Source: a virus
Taxonomy: Duplodnaviria; Caudoviricetes
IMG/VR virus record: IMGVR_UViG_3300014205_000194
Location: 1 to 64,000 of that record
Length of the DNA stretch: 64,000 nt
Reading direction: 5' to 3' (one strand)
Shown one piece after another: positions 57,023-64,000 of this stretch. The position numbers and the translations under genes were made by a program. Below the pieces are notes generated by a model that ran no database searches, had not been told where the DNA came from, and was given only the letters and a program-made list of their open reading frames with translations. The stretch's first letter is position 1, and each line of letters opens with the position of its first letter.

Positions 57023-58403
57023 GAAAACAATTCTAAAAAATCTTATATCTAACGAAGAATATACCCGCAAAATACTACCATTTATCAAGCCCGATTATTT
57101 CCACGATAATACAGAGCGAGTTATCCTAGACGAAATCCAATCTTTCTTGGCAAAATATAACAAGCTACCTACGATCGAATCTATCAAGATCGAACTTAGC
57201 AACAGACCAGGATTCGTTGCCGCCGAGTTCAAAACTGCCATTGAATTGATTGATGATATCTCCGGAAACGACGAAGTAAGTAACCAGGAGTGGTTGTTAG
57301 AATCTACTGAGAAATTCTGTCAAGAAAAGGCGCTTCATAATGCAATCCTGGATTCTATTCATATTCTAGATGGTTCTAGTAAAGTACACGATAAAGGAGC
57401 AATTCCTTCTTTACTTACTGAGGCTCTTTCTGTATCATTTGATCCATACATCGGGCACGACTATTTTGATAATGCCGAGACTCGATACGAATATTATCAT
57501 CGGATAGAAAAGAAAGTCCCATACGATCTAGAATTTCTCAATAAGATTACTCGAGGTGGGCTTTCTAGGAAGGCACTGGCATGTTATCTAGGTGGAACTG
57601 GCTCCGGTAAGTCATTGGTAATGTGCCATAATGCAGCCGCCAATTTGTCGTCTGGGTACAATGTTCTGTATATTACACTAGAAATGGCAGAAGAGCGGAT
57701 TGCAGAACGGATCGATGCGAATCTACTTAGGATGAAGGTAGATGAGCTAGAACAGATGCCGAGGGATACATACTTACGCAAAATTAGACACATGGAATCT
57801 AGCGTAAAGGGTAAGTTGATTATCAAGGAATATCCAACAGCATCTGCTGGCGTACTGCATTTCAGAAGTTTACTAAATGATTTGGCATTGAAACGAGGGT
57901 TCTTTCCTGATATCGTGTACGTAGATTATATCAACATCTGTTCTTCTTCTAGGCTGAAACACGGCAATAATGTCAACAGCTATTCGTACATCAAAGCAAT
58001 TGCCGAAGAGTTGCGTGGGTTGGCAGTAGAGCGCGATATCGCAATAGTCACTGCCACACAGACTACTAGAAGCGGAGCATCTAATTCGGACATGGGACTG
58101 GAAGATGTATCAGAATCATTTGGTCTACCAGCGACAGTAGACATGATGCTCGCTATTATCCGGACAGAAGAATTGGATAATATGAATATGATTATGTTCA
58201 AGCAGTTGAAGAATCGCTTCAGTGATTTGACCGAAAACAAACGGTTCATGGTAGGAATTGACAGATCCATGATGAGGCTGTATGATGTTGAGCAAGGACA
58301 AATTACCGACTCTGGGCAGGAAGAAAAGCCGAAGTTTGATGGGTATCCTAGTAACAAAAATGTCGAAGACAAATATTCTAAGTTTAAAGGGCTGAGTGTA
58401 TAA
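57009..58403 (+). CDS. gp41: Replicative helicase gp41 (DnaB-like)
   Basis: IEKTILKNL, GGTGSGKS, LEMAEERIAERID, IKEYPT, VDY, ATQTTR, SESFGLPAT, KQLKNR. Start at MMTIEK after gagga. Confidence 0.95.
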   Translation: MMTIEKTILKNLISNEEYTRKILPFIKPDYFHDNTERVILDEIQSFLAKYNKLPTIESIKIELSNRPGFVAAEFKTAIELIDDISGNDEVSNQEWLLESTEKFCQEKALHNAILDSIHILDGSSKVHDKGAIPSLLTEALSVSFDPYIGHDYFDNAETRYEYYHRIEKKVPYDLEFLNKITRGGLSRKALACYLGGTGSGKSLVMCHNAAANLSSGYNVLYITLEMAEERIAERIDANLLRMKVDELEQMPRDTYLRKIRHMESSVKGKLIIKEYPTASAGVLHFRSLLNDLALKRGFFPDIVYVDYINICSSSRLKHGNNVNSYSYIKAIAEELRGLAVERDIAIVTATQTTRSGASNSDMGLEDVSESFGLPATVDMMLAIIRTEELDNMNMIMFKQLKNRFSDLTENKRFMVGIDRSMMRLYDVEQGQITDSGQEEKPKFDGYPSNKNVEDKYSKFKGLSV

Positions 58404-59674
58404 TGAATCTACCGAAGTATGTGTATAACTGTGATGATTTTAAGCCAGGGGATCAGGTTCAATACTCTGGTCCATATTTCGACGAGACGGAAATTGAGTA
58501 TGCGATTAAGGCTCTTCGTACTGGTAAATGGCTGACCGCCGGTGAGCACGTAAACAAATTCGAGGCGCGGTTTTCCAAGAAATTTAATGTCGGATACAGT
58601 CAGATGGTAAACTCTGGATCTTCTGCCAATCTTGTTATGTTCACTGCGTTGAAGAGACATTTCAACTGGGCAGATGGCGACGAAGTTATCGTATCACCAG
58701 TCGGCTTTCCGACTACAATTTCACCAATCGTACAGAATAACCTAGTACCTGTATTCATCGATATCGAGACGGTCACTCTTAACTTCGACGTCAATCATAT
58801 TGAAGATAGTATTACGCCTAAGACTAAAGCTATTATCGTATCTCCCGTCCTAGGTAATCCACCTAATATGGATATACTCAAAGATATCTGCGAGAGACAC
58901 AATATCCTATTAATTGGAGACAACTGCGATAGTCTCGGGAGTAAATGGAATGTAAAATATATTACTGACTATTATTATGCTTGGACTTGTTCCTTTTATC
59001 CTGCTCATCATATTTCTACAGGTGAAGGTGGTATGGTTTGTTCGGACGACGAATCATTCGTTGAACGAGCGCGTAGTATTGCTTGGTGGGGTCGCGATTG
59101 TTATTGTGTCGGAGCTTCAAATGCTCTTTGCTCTGGCACATGCGGGAATAGGTTCGATAAGTGGTTAGATGGATATGATGGAATCGTCGACCACAAATAT
59201 GTGTTCACAGAAATGGGCTATAATCTTAAACCACTTGATCTACAAGGAGCAATCGGTCTCGCTCAACTAGAGAAATTCGACAAAGTAGAGGAATTGCGGC
59301 GCAAACACTTCAAACGAATTAAGGAAATCGTAGAAAGTAATCTAGTATTCATCACTATCCCAGAGAGTCTCCCGGAAGCAGATCCTTCTTGGTTCGGTGT
59401 ACCCATTCTATGTGATAATCGTTATGTTAGAGAAGATTTAACTAAGCACCTAGAGAGTAATAAGATCCAAACGAGGCCGCTGTTTGCTGGTAACATCCTA
59501 ATGCACCCAGCATACAAGCATTTAGGTGATTATCGAGAGTTTCCTAATTCTAATGCAGCATTCAGTAATGTAGTATTCTTAGGTTGCCCACCGCACTATA
59601 ATGACGCGGTATTCGATTATATCGAAGATGTGTTTTCTAGATTTCCCAACAAACTATATGATATTAGGGGATAA
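58403..59674 (+). CDS. rfbH: CDP-4-keto-6-deoxyglucose 3-dehydratase (RfbH/DdhC-like, DegT family)
   Basis: NSGSSAN, GFPTT, DNCDSLG, SFYPAHH (His in place of Lys), WGRDCYC....C..RF, DHKY, GYNLKP. Confidence 0.85.
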   Translation: MNLPKYVYNCDDFKPGDQVQYSGPYFDETEIEYAIKALRTGKWLTAGEHVNKFEARFSKKFNVGYSQMVNSGSSANLVMFTALKRHFNWADGDEVIVSPVGFPTTISPIVQNNLVPVFIDIETVTLNFDVNHIEDSITPKTKAIIVSPVLGNPPNMDILKDICERHNILLIGDNCDSLGSKWNVKYITDYYYAWTCSFYPAHHISTGEGGMVCSDDESFVERARSIAWWGRDCYCVGASNALCSGTCGNRFDKWLDGYDGIVDHKYVFTEMGYNLKPLDLQGAIGLAQLEKFDKVEELRRKHFKRIKEIVESNLVFITIPESLPEADPSWFGVPILCDNRYVREDLTKHLESNKIQTRPLFAGNILMHPAYKHLGDYREFPNSNAAFSNVVFLGCPPHYNDAVFDYIEDVFSRFPNKLYDIRG

Positions 59675-59676
59675 TT

Positions 59677-60498
59677 ATGATAACTGTATTGGGTGGGTAT
59701 GGGTTCGTCGGATCTGAGTATGTACGACATTTCTATGATTCGGCGGTAGTCAATGATAAACACGACTATAATATCTACACCAACGATGTACTATATTTTA
59801 TTTCTACCACACACAACTATCATATATTCGACCACCCACATCTAGACATTGATACTAACCTACACACATTAATCACCGTACTAGAAAACTGGCGTAGGTT
59901 TGGCGGGAATGGTACATTTACGTTTATCTCTAGCTGGTTCGTTTATGGTAATCAAGAGCACCAGCCAGTACACGAAAGCGTACATTGTAACCCGAAGGGA
60001 TTCTATTCAATCACCAAGCGAGCAGCGGAACAATTGCTTATTTCTTACTGTGAAACTTATGATCTGAAGTATAAGATTCTGCGGTTAGCTAATGTAATTG
60101 GTAAGAGGGATCCGTCTGCATCCGCCAGAAAGAATGCACTCCAATACCTAATCAATAAAATGAAGAACAACGAACCCATTGAACTCTATGACGGAGGGGA
60201 TTTTTATCGAGATTATATCCACGTGACAGATTGTGCTCGGGCGATTAATCTGTGTATAGAGAAAGGCGAAGATAATACAATCTATAATATTGGTAACGGA
60301 GTGCCCGTTCGTTTCTATGACATCATAAACGACGCATATGCACTGATTGGTAGTAAGTCTGAGATAATCAACATTGAGCAGAAAGAGTTTCACGCCAAAG
60401 TACAAACAAAATCTATGTATCTAGACAACACTAAATTGAAACTGCTAGGATATAATCAGTTATACTCTACACAGGACATGCTGAAGGGCATGATCTAA
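59677..60498 (+). CDS. NAD-dependent sugar epimerase/reductase
   Basis: GGYGFVG, ISSWFVYG, YSITK, RDYIHV.D, YNIGNG. Confidence 0.85.
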   Translation: MITVLGGYGFVGSEYVRHFYDSAVVNDKHDYNIYTNDVLYFISTTHNYHIFDHPHLDIDTNLHTLITVLENWRRFGGNGTFTFISSWFVYGNQEHQPVHESVHCNPKGFYSITKRAAEQLLISYCETYDLKYKILRLANVIGKRDPSASARKNALQYLINKMKNNEPIELYDGGDFYRDYIHVTDCARAINLCIEKGEDNTIYNIGNGVPVRFYDIINDAYALIGSKSEIINIEQKEFHAKVQTKSMYLDNTKLKLLGYNQLYSTQDMLKGMI

Positions 60499-60533
60499 GA
60501 ATACGCCACTCTTTGGGTATAGAATAAAAATAA

Positions 60534-60541
60534 TATAAATA
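60534..60541 (+). promoter_or_regulatory. T4 late promoter TATAAATA
   Basis: Exact consensus heading the 60.6-64 kb operon. Confidence 0.75.
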
Positions 60542-60571
60542 AGTATATAACAAACCCAAAGAGTGGTAATT

Positions 60572-61591
60572 ATGTCAAAACTATCAACCTTCAATTCTAG
60601 AAGGTTTTCAAAACCTTTGCTGGAAACAGCACAAAGTCACTTCAAAGCATTGTTCTTGGTCGGCGGACCGGGGTCGGGTAAAGACATCATAATCAAAGCT
60701 GGATTACAAGAATCTGGTATGATCGAAGTTAACTTAGATCGCCTATATAAGTCCATCACCAATCAAACAGAACTAGACGAATTTCGCGAGTATTCTTCCG
60801 TTTTCATCAACGGCAATGCTGATGATTATTCTAAAATAGCTACATCTAAGCTAGTTCTAGAAGCAATGGGTTATGATACCTCGATGGTATATGTCTATAC
60901 GTCCCAGGAAGAATCTAAACGTCGCAATGATGTTCGGATAGATAGCGGGGCCAAGACTATCTCAGAAGATGCTAGACATTCTAAATACAATTATTCAGTA
61001 GAAAATATGCTTAAATTTTCAACTGAATTCGTCCCGTTTATACTATATAATAACTCGGTAGACTATAATGTAGCGAGTGTGTCTGAACGTACAGAAATTG
61101 GCAAATGGACTAGAGAGCTATTCGAACAGGTATCTAATTTCATCTCCGCCCCACCACAACAACCCAAGTCGCTAGCATGGTTAGTCGAACAAAATAAGAT
61201 AGATACTACTAATATCAACCTATTATTTGAAGGGGTAATTGCTAATGAATTTTCTCAGAATGATTCTGTCCTATTTCAATCCAGTGGACTCGACGAAGCC
61301 AGTCCCTTCGGAAATAACAGTGGTGGAATCGCCAGAAGCGACAAAAATCGAGCCGAAATCGAAAACCAAGACGACGATAACGAAACCAAAGGGATCGACG
61401 ACGAGGACGACGAAGACCAAGAAAAAAACGACAAAACCAAACCGACCAAATCCAAAAACTTAACAAAGCGAGCAACTAATCCGGGTGCATATTTCGATTC
61501 TAGGATCGGAACTGTACCTTCCGGTGGTGTTGGATTGAGCGCGAACTTAGGCGAATCTAGGAAATCGTTTAAAGATTTCAGGAGCAAATAA
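60572..61591 (+). CDS. P-loop kinase-like protein, probable internal head protein
   Basis: KALFLVGGPGSGKD, GYDTSMVYV.T....RRN. LLE/LFE/LDE/LGE sites and C-terminal KSFKDFR. Confidence 0.6.
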   Translation: MSKLSTFNSRRFSKPLLETAQSHFKALFLVGGPGSGKDIIIKAGLQESGMIEVNLDRLYKSITNQTELDEFREYSSVFINGNADDYSKIATSKLVLEAMGYDTSMVYVYTSQEESKRRNDVRIDSGAKTISEDARHSKYNYSVENMLKFSTEFVPFILYNNSVDYNVASVSERTEIGKWTRELFEQVSNFISAPPQQPKSLAWLVEQNKIDTTNINLLFEGVIANEFSQNDSVLFQSSGLDEASPFGNNSGGIARSDKNRAEIENQDDDNETKGIDDEDDEDQEKNDKTKPTKSKNLTKRATNPGAYFDSRIGTVPSGGVGLSANLGESRKSFKDFRSK

Positions 61592-61592
61592 A

Positions 61593-62123
61593 ATGCAATA
61601 CGGCGATAAAATCAACAAATCGATAGCCGAAGCTGCCATGGAAGTGATGTCCGCGCCTAAGGTTACTGCACCAGACGTATCTCTTGTACTGAGTATGAAG
61701 AAAGTCCTTGGTAGTATGTTTATGTTCTACTTCAAGGCCCATAGTTTTCACTGGAATGTGGAGGGTGCTAGTTTCCCCCAATACCACTCTTTCTTCGATA
61801 CGATATACAATCAACTCCACGATTCGATTGATCCTATTGCAGAACACATTAGGATCTTGGGTGAGTATGCCCCGAGCAGCGTATCTGAACTAGCATTATA
61901 TTCGGCTATCACTGAAAATAGAACCTCGACTATGCCACCAGCAGTAATGTTCCAGTCTCTATTGGCAGACAACAATACGATAATCAATGTATTGACTATG
62001 GCGTATAATCAGGCAGAATTAGCAAAAGAGGTTGGCCTGTCTAACTTCCTTCAAGATAAAATAGATTCCCATAAAAAACTAGGTTGGATGATTACATCCA
62101 CCTCTAAAGGCACTGGAGTATAA
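61593..62123 (+). CDS. dps: Dps-like ferritin
   Basis: HSFHWNVEG..F.QYHSFF..IY......DPIAEHIR.LG, H.K..WM. Confidence 0.9.
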   Translation: MQYGDKINKSIAEAAMEVMSAPKVTAPDVSLVLSMKKVLGSMFMFYFKAHSFHWNVEGASFPQYHSFFDTIYNQLHDSIDPIAEHIRILGEYAPSSVSELALYSAITENRTSTMPPAVMFQSLLADNNTIINVLTMAYNQAELAKEVGLSNFLQDKIDSHKKLGWMITSTSKGTGV

Positions 62124-62124
62124 G

Positions 62125-63405
62125 ATGTCAAAGAAAATCGTCGATATTATCAAGGAAGCGCGTCTACCGAAGATCAAGATGCCACAACGTTCTGCCCAGG
62201 AACGTATGTATCAGCATCATCAGGAGTTGCGTAAGAAAGCAGGTCTTCCTGACGAATCTTACTATGAAAAGATGGCTGCTCAGAAGAAGAAAGAACTCGA
62301 AGATATGAAAAACGAAGAGGTTAATCTGGAAGAAGCGGTAAACGTTTCACATGAACGCTATATGAGATCGCACGGGAAACAAGCAAGCGAAGAAGATAGG
62401 GGTATGTGGGCATTTACACATAAAAGATTCGGTGGTGTAGATTATAATAACAATAAAGAATTCCACACTACAACTGGTTCATTCAAAGAGGCTAAAAAGT
62501 CTGCTAAAAAATGGGCAAAAGAACATGGTCATCAAACTGCCTATGTGATGGAAGAAGTAGAACAGATCGACGAACTTTCCAAGGATACTCTTAGTTCATA
62601 TATCAAGAAAGCTGCTCCACACGCAGTAAGTTCCACCAGAACGGCAGAGCATCTAAGGAAGGTATCTGATAGAGCAGCCAAAGAAGACGATCATAAAAAA
62701 GCCGGTGAATATCAAGGTTATAGCGATAAATTCCAGAAAGGCGTATTCAAGCGCATTGCTGGTATTCAGCGAGCAGCCGGTAAACTGGCTAAGGAAGAAG
62801 TCGATCTCAATGAAGTCTCTATGTCCGATGCTGCTAAGATGGCACATGATCTGAAGACCGCGAAAGAGAAACGCGATGTAGAAAAACACGAAAAGGATTT
62901 GACTTCTGCTCCGATCAATAAGCCAGACTACGACGTGGTTGTTCATCATAAACACGACGACGGTACGGAGAAAGATTATACATATAGAGTGACTAAGGCC
63001 AAGAACGACAAGCATGCGCAAAATATCGCTATGCTACGTCATCACGAAAAGCTCGGCGGCGGTAACTTCAAAAGCAGCCTAGATAAAGACGTGAAACGAT
63101 TGAATGAGGGCGACGAACACTTGCACAAAGATCATATCGAAAAGTCCTTGGCAGACAGTGACATCAATTCCAGCGTAGAGGGGAATACGGTTCGCGTTCA
63201 TTCTAGCAATACCAAGAAAGCGGCTAGATTGCTCAAGAATATGGGATATGAACACAAGGTTGCCGGCGGGCTGAATGAATCAATCGGTATTATTAGAGAG
63301 GTGGTAAAAAAGAAAGTGGAAGACAACCGCGGAACTAAGGGCAAGACGGCAACTGGTCAACCAATGCCCAAAGTAGAAGTTAATCCAGAGTCGAAGGTGG
63401 TATAA
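62125..63405 (+). CDS. Probable internal head polyprotein with multiple gp21 cleavage linkers
   Basis: Basic modules separated by EEVNLEE, EEVEQIDE, EEVDLNE, LNE and LNE. Confidence 0.6.
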   Translation: MSKKIVDIIKEARLPKIKMPQRSAQERMYQHHQELRKKAGLPDESYYEKMAAQKKKELEDMKNEEVNLEEAVNVSHERYMRSHGKQASEEDRGMWAFTHKRFGGVDYNNNKEFHTTTGSFKEAKKSAKKWAKEHGHQTAYVMEEVEQIDELSKDTLSSYIKKAAPHAVSSTRTAEHLRKVSDRAAKEDDHKKAGEYQGYSDKFQKGVFKRIAGIQRAAGKLAKEEVDLNEVSMSDAAKMAHDLKTAKEKRDVEKHEKDLTSAPINKPDYDVVVHHKHDDGTEKDYTYRVTKAKNDKHAQNIAMLRHHEKLGGGNFKSSLDKDVKRLNEGDEHLHKDHIEKSLADSDINSSVEGNTVRVHSSNTKKAARLLKNMGYEHKVAGGLNESIGIIREVVKKKVEDNRGTKGKTATGQPMPKVEVNPESKVV

Positions 63406-63406
63406 T

Positions 63407-63772
63407 ATGAATTCAGTCAATATGATAGATATTAGTGAGATCAATGACGGATTGGAATCACTACATGATAGGCATTTCGCTTCAATCGAAAATATTAGCA
63501 AGGAACTCGAGAGTATCCTTGCTCCTTTCGATGTCGACTTTCCGGGTATCGATGATTCGGAAGAGGACTATATCTTCAAGATAGAGACTGCAGAAGGCGA
63601 TGAAACGGAATATTACCTATACGTCATTGTTGATTCAGAACCCGTTGGTTTCTCGGTTTTCGCGCAAATCCTGGAATGGGAAGACATTATCGATATCCAG
63701 GAAGTATCGCTAGATGTTGGGTTAGATGTAACCGATTTCTTGACCAGAGTGCGCCATTCGGCAGATGATTGA
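63407..63772 (+). CDS. Acidic hypothetical protein
   Basis: aaggtgg RBS, YYLYV...FAQI motif. Confidence 0.55.
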   Translation: MNSVNMIDISEINDGLESLHDRHFASIENISKELESILAPFDVDFPGIDDSEEDYIFKIETAEGDETEYYLYVIVDSEPVGFSVFAQILEWEDIIDIQEVSLDVGLDVTDFLTRVRHSADD

Positions 63773-64000
63773 TGTTTGATCAGTTGAATGATTCTAATAT
63801 ATTATTGTATGCCATTAAGTGTTATGATACACCTAATTGTGTCATGTCAGAATTTGAAGATGATTTCAACAGAATATATCGAATCAAGAAGGCGTTTACT
63901 AAATATAAAAAAGGGAAGGAATTAAACTTCCAACTAATACTGAATCACATCGTTATTCTTTATAATGTCTTTGGGGTGGAATGCGCGACTAGATTATTGT
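63772..64000 (+). CDS. Conserved T4-like hypothetical protein (3' truncated by window)
   Basis: MFDQLNDSNILLYAIKCYDTPNC..SEFEDD..R...LILNHIVILYNVFG. Not in the ORF track. Confidence 0.7.
   Translation, partial: MFDQLNDSNILLYAIKCYDTPNCVMSEFEDDFNRIYRIKKAFTKYKKGKELNFQLILNHIVILYNVFGVECATRLL

Noticed and set aside
473-63501. Many short overlapping or antisense ORFs in the track (e.g. 14723-15427, 38615-39244)
   Set aside because: They are shadows of well-supported + strand genes, with no motifs or RBS.
1-64000. tRNA or rRNA genes
   Set aside because: No cloverleaf or T-loop pattern was seen in the few intergenic gaps.

Overview
A 64 kb segment of a large T4-like (Tevenvirinae/cyanomyovirus-type) myophage genome, standard genetic code, almost all on the + strand. 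The host is probably a proteobacterium, inferred from IHF-consensus sites and a ROSE-like hsp20 leader. Gene order: Asn-rich tail-fibre/accessory virion genes with a GC-richer block (1-7.1 kb); neck, terminase, tail and head module gp13-gp23 (7.1-23.2 kb); gp3, uvsY, uvsW, gp55, gp47/46, peptide deformylase and a vWA/MoxR pair; gp1, gp45, dsbA, gp44, gp62, regA, hsp20 and dCMP deaminase; an NDP-sugar synthesis and glycosyltransferase cluster flanking gp43/uvsX/gp41; and a late operon of probable internal head proteins including a Dps-like ferritin. Three essential genes are interrupted. (i) The large terminase is fractured at its Walker A motif by an atypically split intein with a free-standing Vsr-like endonuclease between the halves. 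(ii) The portal carries an HNH-containing intein. (iii) DNA polymerase is split into two genes, and the second has a hidden 35-codon first exon, missed by the ORF track, followed by a 256-nt group IA intron in motif B. Non-coding structure includes two copies of a hairpin/paired-IHF-site promoter cassette, two H-type pseudoknots in leaders, a ROSE-like thermometer and an orphan antisense consensus promoter. All calls come from reading motifs by eye; no database searches were run.
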